Source: Amphiscolops sp. MND2022
Taxonomy: Eukaryota
Length of the DNA stretch: 64,000 bases
Reading direction: 5' to 3'
Assembly: GCA_964187785.1 (NCBI GenBank)
Contig: OZ076415.1
Location: 8,928,001 to 8,992,000, forward strand
Part shown: positions 35,671 through 48,500 of the stretch, piece after piece
Position numbering within the stretch: position 1 is the first letter of the stretch
How the letters are laid out: the number at the start of each line of letters is the position of its first letter
Program-made: the position numbers and the translations under genes
The notes under the pieces: model-generated
Told to the model about the DNA's origin: nothing
What the model saw: the letters and a program-made list of their open reading frames with translations, nothing else
Database searches by the model: none

Positions 35671-36094
35671 TAAAGATAGTTGTAGTAACGTGGAGTCGTA
35701 AAAAATACAACAGAAATCAATGGCCAGAAAAAATTCACAATTCATTGTATATCTGAGTTGTGGAAGTCGTCTGATTGGTTCGGTCTGGACAATTGATATC
35801 TTCATTTCTTATATTGAGTCGAAGTTAGGGCGTCGAGTCGTCTGGAGTCGGGATTAGCATTAGGATTAGGAGTAGGTCGCAGATCGTATTTTGCTGTTCT
35901 ACGTGGGTTGTACCCGACTACTGTAGGCGGTGATTTCGGGGGAATGGGTGGGCTTCCAATGGGTGAGAGGCGACATATAAATGGATTATCTGACTTCCGT
36001 AGTAAGATTCAAGATATCCAGCGACGGCAGTTCAGCGTTATTCAAATCTTCAGTTTGTTTTCCCGCTACTTCTTGTGTCATACCTGCATAATTT
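35671..36094 (-). mobile_element. Gypsy family 2, duplicated copy A, left part (integrase 3' end), interrupted by the 18.7-kb insertion
   Basis: Aligns with 57598-58015 and is continuous with 54850 onward once the insertion is removed. Confidence 0.9.
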
Positions 36095-36429
36095 TAAAGT
36101 ACTTGGTTGTTATCGTTGTTAAATGTTAAGAGAGAACCAGGTCTTTTGTCTGGCTTACGATTAGTACTTTAAGAGACACTAACAGAGCTGCAGTTATTAG
36201 GTTTTTGGGTGAAGACAACTAATCGATGAAGATTCAATTCAAGTTGTGTTGTACAAATCAGAATGCATGGTATTGAATATAAAGTAGTTACATCAGTCAA
36301 TTCATTTTACATCTAGAATATTAATGGAGTACAATCATAAATGAGGTGCACTGTTCTAAAGACTAGACATACAGGGGGCGGGGGATAATTATAGATCATG
36401 AGATATTTGGTATATCATCTGGTCTATCA
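36095..36429 (-). repeat. 3' LTR of the 18.7-kb element
   Basis: About 95% identical to 54515-54849. Confidence 0.95.
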
Positions 36430-38039
36430 TCCGACCGGGTTTTGAAAAGAAAAGAATTTGTTAAATTTGGTGTTGTTTTTAAAATTTATTGGTGGAAATT
36501 TTGGAATTGGAGGTTTCATTCAAATTGTCGGAAGTTGGTTTAATACGTGTGAAGAGAAAGAATAATAAAAGAAAGTTCGGCAGTGTCTGATATAAAATTC
36601 CATGAAAGAAAAAAAAATTTTAAAGGAATTTTTTTTGTCTTTACTAATAGAAAGTTGTCTTCGTTTCTTTCCTTTCGTGAGTTACGGGCAGTATCGGGTC
36701 TTAGCCTGAATGAGATTGTTTTATAAAGTAGTTAATTAGATTCGTTTAATTAGTAGATTACAAGAGGGAATTTTTGGAATTTTTGAGGTAAATTGGCATC
36801 TTCATATTGGTGATGATTTTAGTATTTTAATGTTTTCGAGGTCTATGAAATTGTCATATAGTATCTATTTTAAGTTTCTTCCTGTTTTCGAGGTCTATGA
36901 AATTGTCATATTGTATCTATTTTAAGTTTCTTCCGAGGCGGTAAAAGGTTTGAGTGACAGACAGAAATTCGTAAAAATTGAAAGATTGGCAGGAAAGGGC
37001 AGTCTGATTGACAAAGAAGTTCAGAGTGAAAGACCAAGATTCTTAGTTGTCTGGTAACTAAGCATTGATCTTGTTAGTCTTTTGAACAACTAAAATAGAT
37101 AGCGGAACTTCAAAGCAAGAAGACGACGTGATCAAAACAAATTTAGAAGCCAAAACAAATCAATATGAGTCAACATGTGTTCAAATTTATATCATGTGGC
37201 AGGTTAATTTTTGATTGTGAAAAGGCAAAGAAAATTTTGAGCAAGCAAATTTATTTGCGAAATTAGCAAAGCACGAAGAGTTAGATGCTGAGGTAAGTGA
37301 GTTTTAATATTTGATTCGGTAAGAGTAAGAAGAAAAAGGAAAGGGTGTTAGAACCGAAGTTATAGAGAAGCAAAGTTAAAATTTTTGGGGGGAATGTTAA
37401 AAAAATGGAATTTTGTTTTAAAAAAATGTTTATCAAAGTGGAAGAAAGGTGAAAAGAAAAATGTAGCTCCACAATTTAAGAGAAATTGGGGCGAGAGCAA
37501 CATGCTAAATTGGAGGTTGTAAAATTTTGTCAGTTAGAACCGAAGTTAAAAGGAAATTTTACAAGGAAAATTGTATGGCGTTAGGGGGGGAAAATTTAAA
37601 ACAAAATGTAAAAAGGAAGGGTTTAGCATAAAAGTAGAAGGTTTGGGGGTTAAAAGCAATATAGGGAGGGGGTTAGATTGTTGTACTGAAAACATAAAAG
37701 CATAGACAGTTTTGAACAAATTGTACAAAAATATGTAGGGGAAAACGATCATACGAAATATTTTAGTCGACATCATTTAATGAAGTTACTAAGTTATCTA
37801 AAATATTTAAGGGGGTAGGTGATTGAGAGGATGGTGTTATGGGTTCAATACGAATGCGAATTAACGCAGGGTAAAGAGAGAGGGGAGGTAAAGGAGAATG
37901 GAGTGTGCATTTGACTGGTACATGTGAACAATGGGGGGTATTGCATTGAAAGTAATTATGATAATTAGGGCAATTATGGGAGGGGATTTGGATATTTAAA
38001 GGTGATAAATGTCTAGGTCTCGACTGAGTCGATTTAAAT

Positions 38040-38615
38040 TTACGTAGTTTTGAAGGGGGGTGTATTATTAATATTATCCAATTCAAGAGTAGTTTGTTGA
38101 ATAAGTTCATCAAGATGTGTTTCATAAAGTTTTAATGCATCAATATATTGTGCGATTTTCTCTTTATAGACAGCTGTGTGGACCAGTCGACGGACAGGTG
38201 GACCAATTCCCTCCAAAACTTGGCTATGGACGTCTGGGGTGCCGTGCTTTCTTGCGTTGAAGATCATTGTTCAGTTGACGGACGGCAGAATATTGTTGAA
38301 GATTGGGAAAAGTGGCGACTGCATCTTTGGGGTGAAGAGAAGAAGTGGGGTCTGTTATCGCAACTGGGGATTGAAGAGAAGAAGAAAGCACTGGAAGAGT
38401 AGTTGAAGCAGTTGTTGTCAAGAGATTAGAAATGGGTGGCAGTTGAACAGTAGGGGTCGAAGAAACAAGTGGTGCCACAGAGACAAAGGGGAGGAAGCAT
38501 CAGTGGATGAAAGAGTAAACGTCGAAGAAGTAGAAGAGACGGAGAATGGGAGAAAGGAGTCGAGGAGTTGATTAAGAAGAGAATATGCCAGAGTGGAAGG
38601 AGGATAAGATGACAT
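38040..38615 (-). pseudogene. Decayed accessory ORF of the 18.7-kb element
   Basis: One frame runs from MSSYPPSTL... through a few stops into ...NARKHGTPDVHSQVLEGIGPPVRRLVHTAVYKEKIAQYIDALKLYE. Confidence 0.4.
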
Positions 38616-39724
38616 TAGTGAAACAAAATTATTGTTGAGTTATTTTGTATTAATTTGATATGATTCGGAGCAATTTATAATTCGGAGCAATTTAATGTAG
38701 ATAGAGAATGTTGTGATCAAATTTATTGATTTCAGAAAAGAAAAAATATGAGTTGAAAATTGGAAAAATGATATTCGTTGAAGTAGTGATTTTTAGAGAT
38801 GTTAAAGGAGCAAGTGAAAAAGGAGAACTTAAAGAAGAGAAAATACTTTTAGAGATAATGGAGTTATGAAAAATTAAGAGTAGGTTGTCAAAACTCATGA
38901 AAGAAGAACAAGTGAAATGTCAAATGAATAGATCTAAGAACAAAAGAAACTAGTAGGAAGAAGTGTCAAGAGAAAAGGGAAAATGAATGATATATGTTAA
39001 TTAGGATCGAAAAATATAATTGTGTAAGAAGTCAATGAAAGATAAGATATAGGGAATGGAGACAGTTGTTATCAAAGGGACTGAAAGGATTTCAGGTATG
39101 ATCGATAAAAGATTTGAAAAGAGAAAGACAAGAACTCTGTGAGAGGGGAAAAGATTCAAAAAAGGAAGAATATTTTTCAAAGTATTGGTTATTATATATG
39201 AAGGTGTAAACGGGAGTAATTACCGAAGTAACTGAATGCAGATGAAAGTGGTTAAAAAGTGGATTGAAAAGAAATAGTGGTTGGAAATTTGATTTGAAGA
39301 AAATTTACCAATAGGAGAGAAGAAATTTAAGATGAAGTGAAATGGAGAGGAGTTTCAAGTAAAACAAGTTTTTTGAGAAAGTCGTTAACATGGAGTGTGG
39401 AGAGTGTTAAATTTTGAATATCTGTTGAATGAAGTTGAAGTAAGGATTGGAGATTACGGAATGTGTCAAAAATATAGGTTTAAGATAACAAAAGGATCGG
39501 TATTAGGAGCAATTTCAACGTGAGGACGGAGTAGAGTAAGAATTTCTGACACGAATTTGTCAGTAGGGCAGGAGAAGGAGTTGATACAAACGTTAGGATT
39601 TGCAGTTTGGAGAACATAAGAAGTAGAGGGAGGGGAATTGTTGAAGAAGGAGCCTGAGAAGGTTCAGATACATTATTAGGAGGAGTATGTTTAGGAAGAG
39701 ACTGGAAAATTTCATCTGAGACAT

Positions 39725-40891
39725 TTAAAGAGAAGTATTTATATTGTTTTTCAAAATGAATGAGGAGAGTTTTGCAATAATGAAATTGAGTTGGACGAGA
39801 GAATAATGTTTGTGAATTAGAGCTGTATATAGAGAGCGGGAATGATCATCAAGAGGTGTTTCCACTAATTTGTTCATTTTCGGAAAGAAATTGGGAACAG
39901 CATTAGGAATGTGGGTTCGAAGAAGAAAATCATCATTGACATTGAGAGCTTCTTGAGGAACGAATAACGGACGAGTAGGGTCATGGTATGATGAGAGAAT
40001 AAAATATTGTTTGACAGGGTCATAATTACGAATTGTTCCGATTGTGAAGAGATGGTTTAAGGAATAGTGAGAATGGTATGAAAACGGAGAAGTAAATTTG
40101 TGGTTTTGAAAAATGAAATTTTGGGGGTGTTTTTGTTCAAGAAAGAGTTGATAAGTTTGATGGTGAAGTTTTTTAACAGAAGGAGTTGTGGTTATATCGT
40201 TAGGATTAGTATTTAGGTCGTGGTGAGTTGGTTTAGGAAAATTAAATTGAAATTGAAAGAAACGAATACGATTATTCTGCCAAAAAGCGAGTTGTGGTAA
40301 GTTTTTGGAAGCATACGCAACATAGTGGTCAAAATTACGATCTTGAGGGAAGCGAAATTTATAAGTAGTAGGGGTCATATATAATGAAGGGAGGTTAGCT
40401 TTAAAGTTCGGATGGGTACGGAGGAATTCATCTGTCAGAATATTGGATTGAGAAGGAGTTTTTAATGGATGAAGAATACGAGGTAAGATACCAGAATCAA
40501 TGAAGAGAGGATCTCCAAGAATATTATATTTCTTTTTAGGAGGAATTGGATGATTATCGATAGTAATATGAAGAATATTTGGAGGCGGAGTAGGAGACTG
40601 ACGAGTTTTAATATTAGTAGAGGGTGGTTTAGTGAGAGACTGAGAGGTAGTAGAATTTCCATTTACAGTAGGTTCTGGAGTATTGTTAGTATCAAGAGGA
40701 AGTGAATCATTGACAAGGGGCATATCAAGAGTACCAGATTTAAGATAAAAAGGAGGCGACAAGGAAGCGATGCTTGACAGAAGTTCTTCTTCTGGATTTA
40801 TAGTTACCTTTTTGGAGTTAGAAAGAAGAAAAAGGAAAGGTGGGAAAAAGTTTAGTATAAATAAACAACTAAGAAAATGAAGGTGATACAA
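39725..40891 (-). CDS. 388-aa accessory ORF downstream of env, unknown function
   Basis: Uninterrupted ORF with a hydrophobic N-terminus, a P/S/T-rich linker and a complex globular-looking C-terminal half. Confidence 0.65.
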   Translation of the reverse strand: MYHLHFLSCLFILNFFPPFLFLLSNSKKVTINPEEELLSSIASLSPPFYLKSGTLDMPLVNDSLPLDTNNTPEPTVNGNSTTSQSLTKPPSTNIKTRQSPTPPPNILHITIDNHPIPPKKKYNILGDPLFIDSGILPRILHPLKTPSQSNILTDEFLRTHPNFKANLPSLYMTPTTYKFRFPQDRNFDHYVAYASKNLPQLAFWQNNRIRFFQFQFNFPKPTHHDLNTNPNDITTTPSVKKLHHQTYQLFLEQKHPQNFIFQNHKFTSPFSYHSHYSLNHLFTIGTIRNYDPVKQYFILSSYHDPTRPLFVPQEALNVNDDFLLRTHIPNAVPNFFPKMNKLVETPLDDHSRSLYTALIHKHYSLVQLNFIIAKLSSFILKNNINTSL

Positions 40892-41154
40892 GTGTGCGTG
40901 GTGTGGGGACTAGAAAAGATTATAAATATAAGTAAGATTTTCGTGAAAAATTCAAGTCAAATGATTGTTGAGAAAGGAAGGAGAATGGACCGAAGGAGAA
41001 GCGAGAATGATGACAAATGAAATGGGAAGGAAGTTAAGATAACAGTAATTATTATGTAAAGTAGGTAAAATATGAATATTCAAGATCAATTCGTTGGAAC
41101 TTAAGTTAGGGTATTAAAATTCAGATAGAGAATGATGTAATTAAAATGGATAAA

Positions 41155-43930
41155 TTATTCAGGAGGAAAACGGCAAGAAGTATAAACTTTGACAGGACTG
41201 TCAGGTGGGTCAAAAATATTATTGACAGAAGTTAACGGGATGTCATTAGTTTTGATTGGCGGCGGAGTAGAGGGATAAATTTTAGTAGATTGCCAGAGGT
41301 TATGTATGGGGGAATCAGTGGAGGAATTATCACAATTGGTGTAATCAGGAGGAGGAGAATTATGCAAATAAAGGGGAGAAGATAATGAAGATATTTGAGG
41401 GGGTCGAGGAGAAAGAATATTATGAGGGGGAAGGTGCGAATTATAATTTGGAGGAGGGGGCGAAGAATCTTCGGTGTTAGAGGTTTGTGCATGATCAGTG
41501 GGAGTAGAATGAAGAACAGAAGAAGAAAGGGATTTGAATGAAGAAGAAGTAGCTGAAGATCTTTGCATTGGGGTTTTCTTTTTTAAATTGAGGAGTTTTG
41601 TTTTATTGTTAGTATGATACGTACGAGGACGAGGTTTGGGGCTAGAAGAAATAGTGTGAGTTTTCGCTAATGGGGAATGGGGTGAATCTGAATCGTCAGA
41701 TTCTGAGTGTGAATTAGATGATTTAAGCATAGCGGTCATCATAGTTTGGGTAATAGTTCCAAAGAAACCAAATCCTAAAGCAGTTATAACAGAGATTTGT
41801 TTTTTAAGCAAATTTCGAACAGTGAATGAACGATAAATACTAAAGAGTGTGTTGAAAGCGAATTGTAAGAAAAGGGCGGTAGAGAAATAGATTCCACATT
41901 GGGCTAAAATATAGCATGGATAGCCAAAAAGTTTTATGAATGCATCAGTAAACCAGTCAGGAGAGAAAAATGGGGTTAAGTTTAACATGTAGTCGTGAAG
42001 ACCAATTCGAAGTGATCGGTAAGGATTATCTGGAAAAGAACTAGCAGATTGTTGATTCATAAATTCATAGCTAATAGCTTTTCCAAGGAGTTGAAGAGTA
42101 TTGTCAGAAAGTTTAGTAAATAAAACTCGATTCCAAAAATGTTTTAGTTCCTCTTGAGAATTAATGCAGTGAAGGTATTAGGACTAATAGCAGTTTGGAT
42201 TTGGGTTGGTTCAAAAGGGAGAGGGGGATCTTTTTTAATAGGTTGAGGAGTTAAAACATAATATTGATCGGTATCTGGGTCAGGAGAAATAACATTTTGA
42301 GGATTATTTCCACAAGGAATTTGATTGGCATTTTCGAAAGTTTGACGTGTAAAAGGGTCGACATACAAAACGGTGTCAAAAGATAATTGACAGGAATTTT
42401 GTCATACCATTGATCAGCAATGTATAAATGTGAAAGGTGATGAGGACAATCATATAACCAGGCAGTAGAGCCTTCAACATATAAAAAGATACTACGGTTT
42501 TGGGTTAAGAGGAAACCAGCAAGTTGTGGATTTTTAACAGACATGGCAAGGATTGTTAAAAGTTGGGTTCGTTCGACTTCACATTTAGTATGAAGAGTAT
42601 TAAGTTCAGCAACGGACATGCTTTTAAGGACATGATTTATAGAATAGTCAATTTTAGTGTTAATATGAGCTTCGTAATCAATGGTGGCAAAATTATTTGA
42701 AGAGTTTAGAGCCGGGAAAAGAAAATTGTTTTGGGTATGAATTAATTTTCCAGATATTAACTGGGAAGAAAGTTGATTGTATTGTTCATTTTGTGGAAGT
42801 TGAAGAGGATTAGGTTTACCAGTATGCATGTTAAAAACTTCTTTATATGTTATGAAAAGATCAGGATATTGAGTGAGATGTAAAGGAGTGGGTTTATTAC
42901 AAAACATTTTATTTTCAGGGAAATTTTCAAAACGAGAGAGGCGGGTTTGAGATTTGGTATCGTGATAAAGAGTATCTGTTGGAATAGTAGAGGAGTGATT
43001 ATTGAAAAAGTGTTCAGTTTCAAGCCAATAACGGTTATTGAGCTTAGACAATCTACCAATAAAGGAGGTAATGGAAAAGGTTAAACAAAGTTCTTCAGGA
43101 AACCAAACAATGGTGAATGGTGTTAATATAGTTGGCTTACAAAAACCATCATCGTGGAGACAAGGTAAAGTATATCCATGGTAAATTAGTTTATTGTCTT
43201 TATCATCATAAGTAATTTCAATTTCTTTTACGACAAGAGACCAGTTATCTTTTTCGATAATGTTTTCATAGCCGTCCCAACAAACAGCTTTTTCTTTTAG
43301 AGTTGAGCTTAAAACTAGTTGTGAATTGGTGATCCAAGCAAAAGCACCATAATGAAAGGTATTTAGTTTAGTAATACGAAAAGGGGTTTGTTTTGTTTCT
43401 AAAAGGCGTTGTTTTTGAATATCATCGAAGAATGTAAAGGAATTGGAGTAATTAAAAGCGTCTAGTTGAGGGTTGTTAGTTCCGTTCAAATGGCGGATAG
43501 CATGTTTGCATTCTGTAGGATCGAGAGTACGGTGACGTTCCATAGTTTTTTGGTGATAATCAGTACGATCATGACGACGATATTTGTAATCCGATTGAGC
43601 ACAGACAAATTTTTTACGTTTGACATAAGCTTCGCAGGTCCAAGCTTTAAGACGTTTAGCTTTAGTGCGAACAAAAACATTGACAATAGCACGGGTACTT
43701 TCAAAAGCAGATGGGGCTTGAGCGCATGGTTGGACCCGAGTAAGACTGAACTGTCTTAAATTATGTTGTTTAGAACAACCGTAGTGAGAGACTAGAAGGT
43801 CCGAAATATGAGGATCATTGGGATCTACATGATCAGAGGAGGAAGGAATTTGAGAAAAGACTAAGAAAAGGGAAGAAAGAAAATAGAAGAGCGAGTGAAT
43901 AAAGAGGAAATGCATTTTAAAATTGGGCAT
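41155..43930 (-). pseudogene. env: class III fusion glycoprotein-like (chuvirus G / herpes gB-like), frameshifted near 42360 and broken near 42144
   Basis: Signal peptide MHFLFIHSLFYFLSSLFLVFS. Cys pattern HYGCSK..VQPC..WTC..VC..EC, LPCLHDDGFC..WFPEELC, CEVERTQLL..LAM..PQLAG..G..WLYDC..YDKIPVNY, then YVDPFTRQ..IPC. C-terminal TM segment and S/P-rich tail in ORF 41155-42060. Confidence 0.75.
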
Positions 43931-43959
43931 TATATTTCAAAAAGGTGAGGGTATTAAGA

Positions 43960-45500
43960 ATAGTAATGGAGCCGTGTAAAAGACGAAAGGGAGGATGGTC
44001 GCTGACAAAAAGACTAAGATTTGTGGCAATAAAAGGATGAGGAAGAGATTTAAAATTAACTGTTGTATGTGAAGGAATGGGGTGAGGACTTAAGTTATGA
44101 AATTTTACGGTAATTTCAAATTTAAGTTCTAAGTTCGTGTCTTCAAGGCGAAGAAATTCTTTACGGCGACTTACATTTGAAATATGGGGATTCGAATTAA
44201 GCTTATGGGTGGCAAGGTAAAGAAAGCGAGGATCTTGGCGGGGGCTACTGACAAGAGTGTTGTTTACGATTAAAGGGTAATCAACACGATTAGGTGTAGG
44301 AGGAGTAGAGTATTGATCAGTAGTAAGATCAATGTTGAGTAAATGACTATCAGATGAAAGAATAGTGGAATTTTGAGAGTGGGGACGAGAAAAAAGGTGA
44401 CCAGAGTGATTATAAGAAGAAATAGAAGAACGTTGAGAAAAAGCAGTGTCAATACACGAAGTTGGAGAGTTTTCCGCGTTAGAGAGAGAGTCTGAAGAAA
44501 GAGATTGAGCATGGTGGCGTAAAAGAGAAGAGTTAGTACTTGCGAGAGAAGGAGAAGGACGACGATTTTTGCCAAGATTATATCAATGACGAAGCGGAGG
44601 GTGAAGAGTAGATTCGGAAGTAGTGTCAAGAAGGTTATCCAAAGAAGAAGTTGTATTTTTAGAGGCGGAATTTGAAGGAGGAAGACGTGGATAAAGAAGA
44701 GATCAAGTAGTTGAATCGATTTCACTTAAGTGGGACTTTTTCTGAAGAGAGTCAAGGGATTCAAGTGCAGGGATTTTGAGAGGTTTAGGTGGGGGAAGTG
44801 AAGGTTGAGAGGAGATATGAGAACAAGGTGGAGGGATTGAAAGAGAATTATCTAACAGAGAGCGTCTGCGAAAAGATTTTATGGAGGTAGGTATAAGTTT
44901 TGGTTTAGGAAGAGTTGGATTATTAATATTTCTAAGGAGGATAGGGTTAATATCACTAGGATCAGGGATATGAAAAGAAGAAGGAGGTGGAGAATGGGTA
45001 GGGGTTATATTGAAAGGGGAGTCAGTATCGGAAAGTGAGAGAGTTAAAGAAGTTTGAGTTTGTTGAGGAATAGAAGTTTTAGGAGGAGCGTGAGTTGGGG
45101 TATTAACAGGGGTGGTATCTAAAGAGGGGGTGATTGGTATAGGGTTCAGGGGAGGTTGTTGAGGATTTGGTAAAAAAAAAAACTTTGTGATGAAGATAGA
45201 GTATCACTTGAAACAGAAGAAGAGGGTTGAGAAGAAGAACCAGAAAAAAATACAGTAAGATCCAGGATGGAAACAAAAGGGAAATATATTAAAACTTCTA
45301 TTAGGTATGAAAAGATGAACAGAGATTGATATTGGAAGGGAGCAAAAATGTAGATGGAAAGTAGTGAAGAGAGATTTGAGAAAAATACTAATTCTGTTTT
45401 GATGAAATCAAGCTTTGATGAGAGCAACCGTTCAGTTAGATTTCACTAAGGTAAAGTGAATAAAGGTGCATAAGATACCGCTACTAATTAGATTGTCATG
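43960..45500 (-). pseudogene. Decayed P/S/T-rich reading frame(s) between pol and env
   Basis: About 1.5 kb of broken low-complexity frames with no recognised motif. Confidence 0.3.
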
Positions 45501-45578
45501 TGTCGGACTATGATAGAAGTCTAGACTATTGGGCAATACGTAAAGATAGGAAATCCAAATAAAAAAATGAATATTTAA

Positions 45579-48500
45579 TCAAGGTGGAAAATCGATGTTT
45601 GGTTTGGATGAATTATAATGTCGAGGAGGGAGTGAACGTAAATTATATGGGGAATGAGGAACACGTTTATAAGTGGATTCATTTTGAGGGTTAAGTGATG
45701 GATAGGAGGAAATATCAGGAGGATCAGCAACACGAGGGAAGAACTTAGGAAAGGAATCATTTGAAGAGTTTGAGTAATAAATGGGGTTTGGAAGCATTTC
45801 AAAATCAGAGTCGTGAGAATCAATTGTATTATCGAGGTTATCTTGAGAAAAAGAATGTGAAGGGTTTTGGTAGATAGGAGTAGAGGTGGGGACATTATCT
45901 ATTTTATCTTGTAAGGAAGAATAATGTGAAAAATTTTGATATCTAGGAATAGGAGTGGTAGAATTATTGAATTGTTTAATATTTGAGGATGTAGGGGTTT
46001 GAGAATGATTTGGATTGTGTTGTAAATCTAATGAGGAAAATTGAGAAAAGGTATCTTGGTAAGGTTCAGTATCAGGGTTATCAATAAGAGAAGGGGTAGA
46101 ATGGTAGTGTTTAATATATGGAAAAATTATAGGTTCTTTGGGATAATATGGTAGAATATGATTTCGATGGGTTTGAAATGTAGAACCATCTTGAGACAGG
46201 AGTTCATACGTTACTTCAGAGAGATGGTTAATTATTTTATATGGGCCAATTCGGAGAGGTTTGAGCTTTTTTGAAAAATTAACAGGTTCAAAATTCGTAT
46301 GGATGACAAAAGTATTAAGAGGTAATTGTTTTAAATGAATTGTTTCGAATGTAGAACTTTGAGAATTGAGTTTATGATTTAAATGGCGGTGGACAGTTGA
46401 ATATATTTCTTACATTGCAGTCTCAGCTGCCAAAAGCCATGGGGAGATAGGTTTATCGAAGAGTGAGTGGAAGAAGGGATTAAGGTCTTGAGTGCTATAA
46501 TGTAAATGAGGGGGAAGAGACTCACAATAAGTTGCGATACAATTTTTTGAAGCATCACGAGATAGGTTGAGAGAAAAGGTAAGAGGTATACGAGGATGGG
46601 TATGGAAAACAATCTGATAAGGGAAAAGTTTAAGTTGGGAAAGAGGTGTTGTATTATGGGCATATGCGTACATTTGAGTTTGAAATGACCAGTTAGTAGG
46701 AGGATTTTGTAAAAATATTTGGAGATGAGTTCCAAGATTTCGGTTTTGAACTTCCACTAAACCGTTTGTCCACGAAGAGTAAGGAGTTCGAGGTGAGTGA
46801 TTAATATGGAAAAGAGAACATAGATGAGCCATATCTTGTTTGACATTTTCAGTACCTCGGTCTGTAACTAGCTATTGAGGAGGACCAAACTTTGTGATCC
46901 AGTGATGGAGGAGGGTTTGAATTGCATATTTAGAGGTAATATTAGGAGCAGGGTTAGTAACCACAAAGTGACTAAATGCGTCAATAATTACAAAAATATA
47001 AGAATTGCTTTGAGATGATGGGGAAATAGGGCCTTTTAGTGTCCATAGAGATCCGGTAGTTGAAGTGAGTAGCACTCTCATAAAAAGGAAGGGGAGGAGA
47101 AATGTTTTGGGGTTTAATAGGAAATTGTTTATTAGTTTGACATTCAATGCAGTCATGGATGAAAATAGAGAACCATAAAGGTAAATGAGGGATAAAATAA
47201 AATTGGTTAAATGTCCTAATAGATAGTTTTTCACCTGAATGACCATGAGAATGTGTTTTACTAAATGCAGCATAAAAAAGTTTAAATGGTAAACATGTAC
47301 GTGTTTGAATAATAGAGGGTTGAGTTTTAATAAAGAGTTCTTCAAAAATTCGAGAGTTAGGTGTATAATATTGAATAAGATGAGAGTTTGGATCAATATA
47401 TAAATGTTGGAATTGTCTATAATATGTATATAAAAAGGAGTTTGCTTTAATAACTGGAGTCAAGGAATAAGGTCTTTGTTTTTGTTTTAACCATTTATAT
47501 ACTGCAGAAAGGACAGGATCATCCTTTTGAGCTTGAAATAGAATGGGTACTGTCAAAAAGGTGTCGGAAGAGAAGAAGAAATTATCAAATGCTTTACAGT
47601 GAGCAAAGAAGGAAGGATCAAAAAATGGTAAAAATTGAGTATGTATAGGCTTTGGAGAAGTTGGGGTTATAGCATTACTGTCAATAGTATTATTAACAAT
47701 AGGAGGGGAGTTGGTAAGGTTGGTTAAGATATCTTGCGACTAGTTGAAATCGTTAAAATAATGGTGTTGTATTTCAGTAAAAAGGGTGTGAAGTTCATGA
47801 GGTGGTTGCAAACAATGTTGAGGAAATCGTTTAAGAACGGGATCGTCCGTGTCATATAAATTAGTTTCATCTAAAAGAGGATTTTTTGGAGAAAAAGTTT
47901 TAACTTTGTTTTTTACAGGTTTTTCGTATTTATTTGAGAATGAGGAAACAGATTGAAAAGAAAAGAATCAAGAGGAGTATATTTAACGACATTGCCTTTA
48001 TCTTGGATACGGAGTGTGAATTGATCATCATCTCCATAATCAGCTAAGATTAAATGTGAGTCATTTTTTTGTGTAGGGAGTACATCTTCATTTTTTATTA
48101 GGTAGTGAATGGGTTAAAATATTATCGTTTTTGAGTTGTAGGAAATCAATATGTGGAGGGAGAGTTTTGTGTTGGAGTTGGCATGTTTTAGTATTAATAG
48201 TTGAAAAATCTCTACTAAGCATATCAGCAACAGTAAAGTTTGTACCAGCTGTGTGAATTATTTAAATGTTTGAAAATTTGGATAATAGCATTTGAGCTTC
48301 ATTTTGTCTAGGAGTTAGGTTACCTTTACGAGTGAAAAGGAAAAGAATAGGATTGTGATCTGTAAAAACAGTTATCGGGAATTTGGAGCCAATTATAATA
48401 TATTCGTATTGGGAAAGGGCAAAGGTAATGGCACAAGGTTCTCTATCATAGGTAGAAAGTTTTTGTTCTTGGGTTGTTAAAATACGAGAAATATAGGAAA

